A stretch of 64,000 nucleotides of DNA, taken from sequence record PQ306574.1; one strand, given 5' to 3'. Position numbers and translations under genes: made by a program. The DNA is from Escherichia phage vB_EcoM_PTE-Eco09. Below the pieces are notes generated by a model. The model did not search any database and was not told the origin of the DNA. It was given only the letters and a program-made list of their open reading frames with translations. Positions 1-10,500 of this stretch are shown one piece after another. Position 1 is the stretch's first letter. Each line of letters starts with the position of its first letter.

Positions 1-126
1 TTGATTATGAAAGATGATGAATCATTGAAAATTGCACTGGTTATGCTATTACAAGGTATAGAATTAGCAAACCACGAAAAAATGTTGAAACAACAGCGTG
101 AAATTATGAGAGGTGATTATGATCGA
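1..126 (+). CDS. 3' end of an upstream gene (partial, hypothetical)
   Basis: Frame-1 open from window edge to TGA at 124-126 (…LKQQREIMRGDYDRV*); overlaps the next ORF start. Confidence 0.3.
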
Positions 127-442
127 GTTTGAAATTGACAACTTTCACGAAAAAGCAGAAGACCTAACCAAAATTTTGATTAGTCGAGGTGCATATAATA
201 CGAAAGATATTATAAAAGAAGTTAATGTAGCGATGGACGCGATCCGAAAGGAATTTAAACATATTTCAGCAATTGGAGAAAATGGTCATCTTGAAGATGT
301 TGAGCTGGTAGCACTGCGACGCTATTACTTCTTTGTTGATTGCATCATTGATCTAGCTAAAAATTATAGTCATTACATGAAAGATATTGTAAAAGATGCA
401 CGTAAGCTGGCAGAGAATGTTTACGGGAAGTTTCCAGAATGA
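113..442 (+). CDS. hypothetical protein (109 aa)
   Basis: ATG ORF, overlapping stop/start (ATGA) with next ORF; no recognisable motifs. Confidence 0.5.
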   Translation: MIMIEFEIDNFHEKAEDLTKILISRGAYNTKDIIKEVNVAMDAIRKEFKHISAIGENGHLEDVELVALRRYYFFVDCIIDLAKNYSHYMKDIVKDARKLAENVYGKFPE

Positions 443-687
443 AATTAGAACAAGCGATTGTTTATTTTGAGATGGGCTATGATATTGCTCGTGTAGAGTG
501 GGAAGATGGTGATTTTGTCCGATTGATTGATCTTCCCGAAACAGCTATTGCACTGGTCAAAGTAGAAAACGGCATACAACGCAATTACGCGTTTTCTGAC
601 GAAGACAAACAAGCCGATGACTGGTACGCTACCTGTTTTCATCATACAGCGTCAAAATGTGATTCAGGGGCTTCTATGCGCCAATAA
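439..687 (+). CDS. small protein resembling DUF2829 family (the family I recall Tad2 anti-Thoeris proteins belonging to)
   Basis: 82 aa; pattern MKLEQAIVYFEMGYDIARVEW…DDWYAT resembles DUF2829 N-terminal signature (ALxALKxGxxxxRxxW … DW) from memory; needs profile search. Confidence 0.4.
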   Translation: MKLEQAIVYFEMGYDIARVEWEDGDFVRLIDLPETAIALVKVENGIQRNYAFSDEDKQADDWYATCFHHTASKCDSGASMRQ

Positions 688-698
688 AAAAGAAGGGG

Positions 699-718
699 AG
701 GCCGAAAGGCTTCCCCTT
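699..718. terminator. GC-rich hairpin between convergent genes
   Basis: GGGGAGGCC-GAAA-GGCTTCCCC stem-loop flanked by A/T runs between ORF 439-687 (+) and holin (-). Confidence 0.4.
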
Positions 719-722
719 TAAG

Positions 723-1379
723 TTATCTAATCCTTCCGAGGATTCTGGCAGATTGATTGCAAAGAGTATCTAAATTCTCAATGTCAATATCCGGTTTATT
801 CTTCCATGCAATGGCGATACTACCAGAATAGACATTATCGAGATTGAATATAGGGCAAGAATACATAAACCCTATATCGATACTCTCTAATTTCTTTTCT
901 CTTGATGGAATATACTGGAAATCTTTATCGGTAAAATAGGATTTACCTAAAAGATGCCTACGATATTCTTCACTCGTTTTATTGATAGGGAATCCGCCTA
1001 AATTCTTTTCGTCGATTGTATGAGGTAACTTTCCTTCATATGCCACCAAATCAACAAAATAGTTTAGGTTTTTCGGACGAAAACTAAAAACAGCAGAAAA
1101 ATCGGCATCAGCCGACACATGAACTATCTGTAACTGCTCCTGTGCTGCATTATCAAAATTGCGGTCTTTCTCTACCTGGAGAACGTGAGCATAAGTCTCA
1201 TAACGAGTCTCTTTATAAAGCGCAAATAACTCGTTTTTACTATAAACGACAAATGCTAATATGGACAACACGACGGCAGCAAAAACACGAAGTACGAGCA
1301 ACTCCGTGCTTTTAGTTGTGAAAATAGCGCGCAGGACATTTGAGATAGCAAAGTCTTTCCCTTTTTCAGAAACTTGCAT
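723..1379 (-). CDS. t: holin T
   Basis: 218 aa; N-terminal TM segment; strong match to T4 holin T motifs (YETY, EQLQIVHVS, FSAVFSFRPKNLNYFVD, YMYSCPIFNLDNVYSG, ARILGR). Confidence 0.9.
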   Translation of the reverse strand: MQVSEKGKDFAISNVLRAIFTTKSTELLVLRVFAAVVLSILAFVVYSKNELFALYKETRYETYAHVLQVEKDRNFDNAAQEQLQIVHVSADADFSAVFSFRPKNLNYFVDLVAYEGKLPHTIDEKNLGGFPINKTSEEYRRHLLGKSYFTDKDFQYIPSREKKLESIDIGFMYSCPIFNLDNVYSGSIAIAWKNKPDIDIENLDTLCNQSARILGRIR

Positions 1380-1412
1380 ATAATGCCCTAAGATAACTAT
1401 GACAGTGTACTC

Positions 1413-1652
1413 TTATTTAGGTAGTTGACTATCACTAGGGTTATCTTGCTCGTTACTATCTTCTGACTGATCTTTATTAAACTCCTTATAAAGTTCTTCC
1501 ACAAAACGATCATCAATTGGCGTATTGGTATAAGCCGCAAGACGACGAGCGCAATAGAAGAAAATTTTAGTGAGCATCTTTTCACTAATTAGCTTTGACA
1601 ATAATTTCATTCCGAAATTAGACAAAGCACCAATGACGATATTATAGACCAT
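1413..1652 (-). CDS. hypothetical small protein (79 aa) between gene 37 and t
   Basis: ORF in the position where T4 carries gene 38; no similarity to gp38 noticed; hydrophobic N-terminus, acidic C-terminus. Confidence 0.35.
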   Translation of the reverse strand: MVYNIVIGALSNFGMKLLSKLISEKMLTKIFFYCARRLAAYTNTPIDDRFVEELYKEFNKDQSEDSNEQDNPSDSQLPK

Positions 1653-1692
1653 AGCCGTTTCTCCTTAGTAGTTCCCTTCCCTGGGAGTTTCC

Positions 1693-4635
1693 TTAATTCT
1701 TTTTAAGTTCCGCTAGTTCAGCTTTAACGGCTTTCAATTCTTCGCTCATTTCCTGAAACGCCTTAATTAAAAGAGCGTTGACAGCGGAGTTAGAAATTGT
1801 TAAGATCTCTTCTGGATTATCTGGATCGCCGATCTTAGAAGTTGTTACGGCTTCCGGCAATTCTTTTTCAAGATCCTGAGCAATAATACCAACTTCATGA
1901 GCAATGACAGTACGGTCGGTTAAAGATTTAACCTTGTCATAGGTGTATACCGTCAAGCGATTAACTTTATCGGTTGCATTCTCTTTATACTCTTCCTTGT
2001 TGATTTTAAGGCGAGCATCAGAACGAATATACACATCGTTAAAGTTACCATTGCGACCAGCTTGGAAATCACCGGAGGCGTTAAAGTCAAAGTTTGTGGT
2101 ATGAATATGAAGACGTGCCATAGCATTAGTAATAACACCACTAGGAACGTGTACACCCATTGCTGCGATGTGGTCGAAACCCCATTTGGTCGCTTTCCAT
2201 ACGTTATATGCGGAAGTTTGAGCATTAGGACAATCAACCAATAAGCCAGCAGCGCGAGTTTTCCATTCTGACCATGCACCACCTTGTACTTCTCCGCGAA
2301 TCAGGCCATTACCATCACCGGATACAGTGCCAGATTCCAACTGGATCATTTTATCCGCAAATTTCCACGCCTGGGCTTGTTTCTGACCACGGAAGCGAAT
2401 AACACCAGCATCATCGCAGTACATCAAGCCTAACTCTAAACCGTTTGGATCTCTAAACCAGATGTGCTTATTGCCAGTGCGTTTAAACTCAATATCAGCA
2501 CCGTTCAGGGTAATATTACCGCCAGTGTGAATTGCTTTAGGCTTAACAGTACCATTAATGCCAAACTCGATTAATTCAGTACCCGGACCACCCGCACGTT
2601 GAGTATACCAATGCCAGCCGCTTTCATCAGCACATTCAAATACTTGTTTACGAGCATCAGCGCCCCATGCACGAATATTGAAACTAGAAGTAGCTGTACC
2701 CTTACCCCAGCGAATCAGACCAGCAGATTCCAAATCACCGAAGAATTTAGTTTTAATCGCACCAGTTGCTAAAGTACGTTCAGTGGTGAAGTGAGCACCT
2801 TTACTATCTTCAAGCTGTATAACGTTATCACGAGCGTTATTGCTATCGCCCCAATGACTCAAACGGAAATAGTCGCGGGATTGTCCAGCACCAGCATCAA
2901 ATGTTAAATATTGGCCTTTAATGTATGTGTTTCCAGCAAAACGAGCAGCACGACTTGCACGTTCTAAGACTAATGCACCTTCTTTACCATCACCACCCAA
3001 AGTAACATTACCGCTACCCAGATTGTAAGTGAATGGACGATAGCCGTTCCAACCACCAAATTTATCATTTTCGGCAGTAGACAGAAGATATACGTTTTGA
3101 CCATCATTACGCCAGAATGCACCATAGTTACCGTAAATCATACGGAATGCATCACTGTTAGCAGCTACATATTGACCATTGGTGTATACAATTTTTGTTT
3201 TTCCTGTAGTCAAATTTACTTGTCCACTACCTTCCAAATCAAATGAGTTAGCACCAACATCATTACGCCACACAAAACCATCACTAGTACCATCCGCATG
3301 ACCGATATAACCACTACGTTGGTTTTTACCATCACGACGATCCCACCACGCCATATATGCAGCTTGACCAGTCTGTCGATGTAAAGTCATCGCATTACCA
3401 CCACCGTGCAATTCCATTTTACCAGTAATTACATATCCTTTATAATTACCCGGTATTGCACTATTAGAATCAATTCTAATAACTTCTGTAGAATCTGTAG
3501 CACCAGTAGCAAGACGATATACAGCACCCTGAACGGTTTCATGCCAGGTCATTTCATTATAGTTACTACGGAATTTACGAATATATTTTCGTCCAGTACC
3601 CCTATCATTACTCAAGTGAACAATATCATAACTGTTTTGTGTGTTATCGTCAAAACTCAACACACCTCGTTTGTTTTCGGTGTTGAAAAGAGTTACAGCA
3701 CGACCGCCAATAACATTATCACCAGCAGGACGTTCAGCAACAAAATCTGGAACGTCATGAACTACCAGATTAACACCAACACTTTTACCAAATTCAACAA
3801 TAACGTTATCAGTGTAACGCTGATATTTCACATAGATATCATAGTTATCACCAGAAGTATTAACAGCCAAAACATCAAATGATTTGTTTGTATTTCGGCG
3901 ATATGCAATAACGTTAACACCTTTAGGGCGACCATTTCCACTGCGAATAACAATTTCTACAATATCAACTTGATCGTATGCAGTAACGTTATATCCGTTA
4001 CCGCCATGAATACGGAAAAATACGCTAAGACCGTTTTGTGGAATCATTGCAGTTGCTAATTTAAAATAGCCTTCAACGATATCACTAGGAGATGTAGCAA
4101 GTTTAACGTTCTTAACAAACATACGGTCAACTTCTTGTTTGCTATAGACGTTCAATTCTCCTGGAGTTGGTTTATCACCTTCGTGATACATTTTATAGCT
4201 AAATGCTTTTTGACCTTCTCTATTATAGCCATAGGTTTCAACACGAGATCCAGCAGACGCATAACGGAAAGTAAATCCGCGACCGTGCGCTTTACCGGCA
4301 GAATGAGGAACGTTAAGAGTTAGATCCCTGAGTCCATCTTGACCATTGGTACGGAAAGCACCAAAGTAGTTAAGATCTCTCGCTGTCTGGTCTTCCAAAT
4401 AGTTAGCTGTTTTACTTAAGATATAATTATTACCTTTAACCTTACCCGCCATTGTAACATCGCGGTCATACACCGGAGGACAACTTAAATTGATAATATC
4501 ACCGGAATCATTTTTAGTAAGAAGATATTGATCCGCAAGGTTGATTGCCAATTCCCCCGGATTCATCGTACTAGCATCCGGTTTACGACCTTTAGTGCTA
4601 GTGCGTTTAAATTGGATTCTGCTTAAATCTGCCAT
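1693..4635 (-). CDS. 37: long tail fibre distal subunit gp37 with C-terminal intramolecular-chaperone (peptidase S74-like) domain
   Basis: 980 aa; N-terminus MADLSRIQFKR…GELAINL matches T4 gp37 N-terminus; C-terminal ~110 aa carry SDARLK…GIIAQDL…coiled-coil typical of self-cleaving chaperone domains of endosialidase/T5 pb1 type. Confidence 0.85.
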   Translation of the reverse strand: MADLSRIQFKRTSTKGRKPDASTMNPGELAINLADQYLLTKNDSGDIINLSCPPVYDRDVTMAGKVKGNNYILSKTANYLEDQTARDLNYFGAFRTNGQDGLRDLTLNVPHSAGKAHGRGFTFRYASAGSRVETYGYNREGQKAFSYKMYHEGDKPTPGELNVYSKQEVDRMFVKNVKLATSPSDIVEGYFKLATAMIPQNGLSVFFRIHGGNGYNVTAYDQVDIVEIVIRSGNGRPKGVNVIAYRRNTNKSFDVLAVNTSGDNYDIYVKYQRYTDNVIVEFGKSVGVNLVVHDVPDFVAERPAGDNVIGGRAVTLFNTENKRGVLSFDDNTQNSYDIVHLSNDRGTGRKYIRKFRSNYNEMTWHETVQGAVYRLATGATDSTEVIRIDSNSAIPGNYKGYVITGKMELHGGGNAMTLHRQTGQAAYMAWWDRRDGKNQRSGYIGHADGTSDGFVWRNDVGANSFDLEGSGQVNLTTGKTKIVYTNGQYVAANSDAFRMIYGNYGAFWRNDGQNVYLLSTAENDKFGGWNGYRPFTYNLGSGNVTLGGDGKEGALVLERASRAARFAGNTYIKGQYLTFDAGAGQSRDYFRLSHWGDSNNARDNVIQLEDSKGAHFTTERTLATGAIKTKFFGDLESAGLIRWGKGTATSSFNIRAWGADARKQVFECADESGWHWYTQRAGGPGTELIEFGINGTVKPKAIHTGGNITLNGADIEFKRTGNKHIWFRDPNGLELGLMYCDDAGVIRFRGQKQAQAWKFADKMIQLESGTVSGDGNGLIRGEVQGGAWSEWKTRAAGLLVDCPNAQTSAYNVWKATKWGFDHIAAMGVHVPSGVITNAMARLHIHTTNFDFNASGDFQAGRNGNFNDVYIRSDARLKINKEEYKENATDKVNRLTVYTYDKVKSLTDRTVIAHEVGIIAQDLEKELPEAVTTSKIGDPDNPEEILTISNSAVNALLIKAFQEMSEELKAVKAELAELKKN

Positions 4636-4675
4636 TTTATAAAATCCTTAAACGGTTATTAGAATAATATTATTT

Positions 4676-4700
4676 AGAAAAGCGGGGAGATAATCCCCGC
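4676..4700 (-). terminator. hairpin after gene 36
   Basis: GCGGGGA-GATAA-TCCCCGC stem followed by T-run on minus strand. Confidence 0.4.
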
Positions 4701-4705
4701 TAAAA

Positions 4706-6196
4706 TTAGAAAGTACCAAAATCAATCACCGCATTAAGTGGAACCGCTCCAACATCAGCCGGAGTAGGTTTATTACCTTCATGATAAAGCTGATAGCGGT
4801 CCACGGTTTGAGTATTGTTTCGAGAACGGAAAAACACGACCTTTGAGTCGTGGGTGATCCCCAGCTTTTCGGTCCCTTTAATATCACTAATGCGGTGAAT
4901 CATAGCAGTACCATCAGCACCGCTTAACGCCGCATAACAGTTATCCCCGTTATAGTTAGTTTTAGCTGTTCTAACGCCATTTGCAGCCGGAACAGTTAAC
5001 GGTCCTGTCATGGTATCGCCAGTTACGTTAACATAGCGAATATCGGCTAATTTACGGTGATCTACATAGTTCCATGCAGTCCAGGATTCATTAGAACACG
5101 AACGCCAGCACATCGGATGGTCAATAGATTCAGGATAATACACCTGAACAATTCGACGAGTACCGACCGCATCTTCTGGTCGATATACCATCAAAACGCC
5201 GTTATAATAGCTATCAGACGGTTTATTAGTACCTGACCCAGCATTTTCCACACGATAGATACCGCGATTAATAAGAGTGTTCCAATCAACGTTTCCAATG
5301 ATGGTTGGATTTGCTACCATTGATTTTCGCTCAAAGTAGCTCAAACGAACCAATTCATTAGGACCAGCGGGATCGTTTGTCGCCAACATTCTAGGCGCTT
5401 GCAAGTTACCTTCCATAATATCACCAGCACGTTTAACCTGTGCATCATTGGTGACATTGCCTAGCCCAACATCGGCTTTAGTTGGTTTATTGTTGGTGTG
5501 ATAAAAACGACCTTCTCTGCCATTAACAAAAATGGTAGGCTCATCTTTACTTCGGAAGACCAACGTATCAAGAACGTTACCATAATAGATCTTAGTCGCA
5601 TCAAAATTAATTAAATCACGTTCCCTTGCAATTAATTTCGAATCAACCGATAGTTTAACAGTGACAGTGTTTAAATTATACGTTCCTGAGAGAGTATCAC
5701 CGCGACGGGAAACTAAATCCAAATCATTATTCGTTGGTTTATTAACAGGGCTATAGACACGTTGACCTGTGTCTTTAATGGTTGTCCCTTCGATAGTCCC
5801 TTTAGACTTAAATTCGCCCGTTGTGGTGTCAATATACGCCATAATAACGCCATCACGGGCATTAACAAAGCCGATTGACTTCCATGAATGCAAACCCCAG
5901 CTTACGCCGTCAAAATTAGCAGCGTCGCTCTGACCTTTAAAGATACCATTCTTTTTGGTTTCTCCAGCCGATGCGCTACCTACGCTTAAACCTTCCTCGA
6001 AATGAACTTGCTTTTGAAATGTGCCACCTTCGGATGCACTAACAGCATCAAAATCGGTAGCCGAAGGTCTATCAAAAGCGGTATAGATTTTATGACCTTT
6101 GTAGAAAAGCTGATCCCCCGCTGGCTGGATCGTCAAGTTTCCTTGCGTCCAAATGGGAGATCCACCTACAGTAGATCCATATTTCAAATCTGCCAT
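4706..6196 (-). CDS. 36: long tail fibre subunit gp36 (enlarged, 496 aa)
   Basis: N-terminus MADLKYGSTVGGSPIWTQGN…PAGD matches T4 gp36 N-terminus; about twice T4 gp36 length. Confidence 0.8.
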   Translation of the reverse strand: MADLKYGSTVGGSPIWTQGNLTIQPAGDQLFYKGHKIYTAFDRPSATDFDAVSASEGGTFQKQVHFEEGLSVGSASAGETKKNGIFKGQSDAANFDGVSWGLHSWKSIGFVNARDGVIMAYIDTTTGEFKSKGTIEGTTIKDTGQRVYSPVNKPTNNDLDLVSRRGDTLSGTYNLNTVTVKLSVDSKLIARERDLINFDATKIYYGNVLDTLVFRSKDEPTIFVNGREGRFYHTNNKPTKADVGLGNVTNDAQVKRAGDIMEGNLQAPRMLATNDPAGPNELVRLSYFERKSMVANPTIIGNVDWNTLINRGIYRVENAGSGTNKPSDSYYNGVLMVYRPEDAVGTRRIVQVYYPESIDHPMCWRSCSNESWTAWNYVDHRKLADIRYVNVTGDTMTGPLTVPAANGVRTAKTNYNGDNCYAALSGADGTAMIHRISDIKGTEKLGITHDSKVVFFRSRNNTQTVDRYQLYHEGNKPTPADVGAVPLNAVIDFGTF

Positions 6197-6229
6197 AAAG
6201 TAACCTCAAAAATTAGTTATAGTTCCGAG

Positions 6230-6237
6230 TATTTATA
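6230..6237 (-). promoter_or_regulatory. T4-type late promoter (TATAAATA) for gene 36
   Basis: TATAAATA on minus strand about 34 nt upstream of gene 36 ATG. Confidence 0.5.
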
Positions 6238-6398
6238 GAATGTTAACAAAATATCGCTTCGCGACGTGCCGTAGGCACTGGCTATTTTTTAACCGAAACA
6301 AATTTTCTATTATTCTAAAGATCTTTCTTCGTTTTGGTTACAATTTAACCAACTGTATAAAAATAAAGCCGACCACATGGATCGGCTTGTTAAAAATG

Positions 6399-7538
6399 TT
6401 AATCAACATCGAACTCTTTAAAGTTGTTGGATGTGATGTGTTTATTATCTCTGGGTAGTTTAAGAAGACTCATTACAGGGTTAGTAAAATCACCGTTATC
6501 CTGAATATGAGTTGTTCTAACACCATTAACACCAAATGAAGTAGGACCAGTAGTTTTGACGACTCCACTGATCGGCGTTATTAGTATGTTTCTAATTTTA
6601 ACCATACCTTCATTGGAGTTGGTTGGATATCTGATACAACCAGTTACTACACTATCAACTCCTTCCGGTACGGTATAGACGGCTTCAAACTTTTCCCATT
6701 GGTCTTTTTTGCTGGCATTGTATCGAACACCAGTTTGATATTGTCCATCGGTGAAGTAGTTGTGATAGAAACGCGCTGTTACGTTGGCTGCGGCTGCGGC
6801 ACTATCACGGAACAATTCAAAGGATATTGATAGTTTGTCACCTGCCTTTATGTTAAAATCCTCAAGTGGGGCGCTGGTCTCATCATGAGGCCATTGTATT
6901 AGCTCGAAATGTTCGGCATCTTCGCTAACATACTCAACCGGATAATCTAAAAATCGTTGTGGTGTTCCTGTTATAGCAAGATCATCTATAGTATCATAGA
7001 CTTTCTCAATTTGTATAGATGAATCTTGTCCTTCCCCGTGAGTTGCTTGCATCCCTTCGCACACAATTTTACCCATTTTAGTAGAATAAATTGCTGCATA
7101 TGATACACGAGGCATTTGCTGTAGCAAAATGTGATTCGGGAATGATACAGATCCCAGCTTAGAGAATACACCATCACTGATCGGATCTGCAAACAATTCT
7201 CCATGCGTTGCCATCGCAATGATATAGTCACCTTTCAGCAAAGAAAGATAATCACGCATTGCCAAAACAGCACCGCGACCATAGAATACCTTTTCTTCGT
7301 GTAGTTGTCCAGTTGGAGTAAGAACTTTAAAATTTAGGCCATTTTCATAGCCAGTGCCAACGATCTCCACTCCATTAAATCTAATCCTTGCTGGTTTGGT
7401 AGAATCCGCATTAGATCCGCGCACTTCCAGCTTATACATCACAGAGTTATTTTCTGAAATGCTGGTAAATGTCGCAGAGTCTTCGTCGAAATGCGCAAAC
7501 CTAATTCCAGTATTGCGTAATTCTATATCTTGTGTCAT
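6399..7538 (-). CDS. 35: long tail fibre hinge protein gp35
   Basis: 379 aa ORF between 34 and 36, size and position as T4 gp35 (assignment by synteny). Confidence 0.65.
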   Translation of the reverse strand: MTQDIELRNTGIRFAHFDEDSATFTSISENNSVMYKLEVRGSNADSTKPARIRFNGVEIVGTGYENGLNFKVLTPTGQLHEEKVFYGRGAVLAMRDYLSLLKGDYIIAMATHGELFADPISDGVFSKLGSVSFPNHILLQQMPRVSYAAIYSTKMGKIVCEGMQATHGEGQDSSIQIEKVYDTIDDLAITGTPQRFLDYPVEYVSEDAEHFELIQWPHDETSAPLEDFNIKAGDKLSISFELFRDSAAAAANVTARFYHNYFTDGQYQTGVRYNASKKDQWEKFEAVYTVPEGVDSVVTGCIRYPTNSNEGMVKIRNILITPISGVVKTTGPTSFGVNGVRTTHIQDNGDFTNPVMSLLKLPRDNKHITSNNFKEFDVD

Positions 7539-7571
7539 AATAACCCCATAGGGGGCTTTCGCCCCCTTTAA

Positions 7572-10500
7572 TTAGTCTTCCCAGATAAAGTCTACGGTAC
7601 GAGTCAGATTATTGGCGATGATTTTAACATTACCAACCTTGATCCAGTCACGAACCGTCATAGAGTTCATTAAACCACCTTCTGCAACAACTGCCCCGAT
7701 TTCCTGAGCGGTAGGCTTATTCTGTTTGGTGTAAATTTCACCCCATGCGGTCCATTGACCACCAGTACCGGAACGGATATAATGTTTATGAGTACCATCA
7801 GGGGACCAAAGCTGGGTAAGCCCGTCCGCGTCAGTACCCCATTGCATCAGAGTACCGTTTTTCTTCTCTGGATAAGTTTCTTTGATGTTCTGGGTAGTAA
7901 CTCGCATATTCCAGAAACCGATGTTACCGATTGCCGGAGCGGTTGCCGCGCTAGCTTCATGCTTAACAGAAACAATAGGCGCATTATCCATAGTCAGCTT
8001 GCCGACCATTGTATCGCCAGCATTCTTAACAAACCGACGGTTAAGAACTTCGTCGGCGTTTCCTGCGTGTACGATCTGATATTTCTGTCCGGCGATCTCT
8101 GTAGTTAACGTTTGAGAACCTGCCTTGATGTTAACACTTCCACCGTGACCGATATTCAGCGTACCATCTGGGGAACGAGTCATTGCCGGATTAGACTGGT
8201 CAACAATGTATAAACCGCCTTGTTTCGCATACAGGTTACGACCTGCAATAAAGTCTCTATATGCTGTCGCGTCGCCATTGTGTTTCATAGCAAAGGCGTA
8301 ATGCTCAACGACTCCACCATCATTGATTTTACCGAAAGAGATAGCATCACTATCAACAACTTGCGCTGTTCCAGTACCACCAACGATAATAGACCAAGAG
8401 TTTTTCATTCCTTCCGATGCGGTTGTGCCATGCAGAGTAATTCCGGTGTGACCGTCAACTCCACGATCACCCAACACCAGATGACCATTACTCGGAACAT
8501 CGGTCGAGTTCTTAGTCACAGACAGAGTTTCAAAGGAACCTGATTTTAAGCACTCTAAATCGCCCTTCACGTTAACGTTTTTATTAAACGTGTAATTGCT
8601 CTCTATGGTCTGATCAATGTCTCTACGCGCCCATTTAGAGGCCTCTACGTTACCCAATTTCAAACTATTCTGAGCGGTTGCCATCTTAGGTAAGAAATTA
8701 GCAAGTGCGTAGTTTAATCCTTTAGGGGTAACAGCAATTCCGTCATGCTGGTAGTTTCCTAGTTCTTGAGTAGAACCTTGCAGATTATCACCAACAAAAC
8801 AGTTTTCCTGAGTAGCAACTTTCAAGAATCCACGACGCGCTTCGGTTGCTTTCCATGTATCCTCTGTCTGAACAACATATTTGAAGTTCTTCGGAGAAAT
8901 TGCTACATTGTCCATAATACCAGCCACGGTTTCGGCGTGAGTACCAACTCGGATAATACCTTCTTTACCTTCGGTGGCCTTTTTGCCTTGCAGCTTTTTA
9001 GGCGTGATGATTGTAGTATCATCTTGACCAGCGTCAGTAAGCTGAGTAGTCGCAACTTTAGCGACACCTTTTGTATCTTCGGTTGCATCCAGACCGCTGA
9101 TCATGATACCTTGCCACAAATCACCAGTAAGGTTAAGCCCCTGAGTCGGATCTACTTTCAAACGCTGTGCATTCTCAAAGAAGGTTTTAATCTTCAATGG
9201 GGTAGAAATGCGATCATCGTCACGACCTGCGTCAAATTCCGGCTGAGTTGCAATTTCTGCTAAACCGTGTAAAGTTTCCGTTGCGCGGCGAGTATGCAAC
9301 TTTTTAGGCGTGATGATATGGTTATCACTTTGACCTAAGTTTGTTTCTTCCTGAGTTGCAATTTCAGCGATACCAGTGCGCGATTCGGTAGCAGTACGTT
9401 TCGTTAGCGTGCGAGTCGTGATTAGTAAAGCATCTTGCGGGGTTGATTCTGTAGCCCCTTGCACTTCCGCGTCAGTTGCCAGATAGCCAACACCACGGGA
9501 AGTTTCGGTCGCCTTGACTTCGTTGATGTTTTGTGGCGTAACAATTTTAGCATGGTCGTTGATGTTATAGATCCCTGTACCAGCTTCGCCACGTCGAGCG
9601 GCAGCACTACCGCCAACCTGAACAATTTCAGCAATACCAGCGAGATCTTCGGAAGCGCGACGTTCTTCTAATTTCTTAGGAGTTATTGCGCGAGTATCGT
9701 CTAAACCTTCATTGGTTTCGTGCTGGGTTGCAATTTCCATCACACCACGACGGGCTTCGGTAGCAACACAGTCATTTAACTTTTTGGGTGTAACGATAAC
9801 ATCATCCAGGAAGTTGGAACCAGTATCTTGATGCGTTTCCGCTTGAGTCGCAATGCGAGCAATACCGCGTCGAGTTTCGTTGGCTGTTTTATTAGACAGC
9901 ATTTTTGGTGTTACAGCAACTTCGTCGCTAGGATTCTCTTCATGGTTTTTATTCGTTTCAGTCTGGGTAGCCAGTGCAATTACACCAACACGATCTTTAC
10001 GAGTCGGATCTACTCGTTCTACAATCGGGTGAGCATGTGCCACCAACCAGTATTTCTTACCATCATCACCTTCTGAATAAGAGAACTCCAGATAAGGTAC
10101 ATAATCATTTGCAGCGTTGAAAGACAATTCAGACACTCCAGTCCATGTATCGGTCCCATTGAATGGGTACTCGCTACGCTTAGGAAACTGAACCATGTTT
10201 TTCTGCATAAGGATTTTTGTATCCTCTTCTGAGGTAATGATTCGGCAAGTCTGGTTTCCGTGCATATACTGCATAGAAACTTGAATACGATCACCCGGCT
10301 CGACATTGGTCGGCAGCGTCAGAGTAACATCACGACCACCAAATACAGCAACATAGCTATTAGGTTGCAAGCGAGTGTCATTGATGATCGGTTTAAGACG
10401 AACAGACTGATCACCATCCCACAAACGCCATAAGTTTTCCGTCTTGTCAAAGATGAATACACCATGACCGCTACGCTTACCGATAATCTCTTTTAGACCG

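Noticed and set aside
445-645. 66-aa ORF on the minus strand
   Set aside because: Lies entirely antisense within the better-supported plus-strand ORF 439-687; no start signals.
9000-9950. Tandem ~35-aa repeats in gp34 as a possible novelty
   Set aside because: The same TPKKL-containing repeats occur in T4 gp34; expected structural repeats of the proximal fibre shaft.
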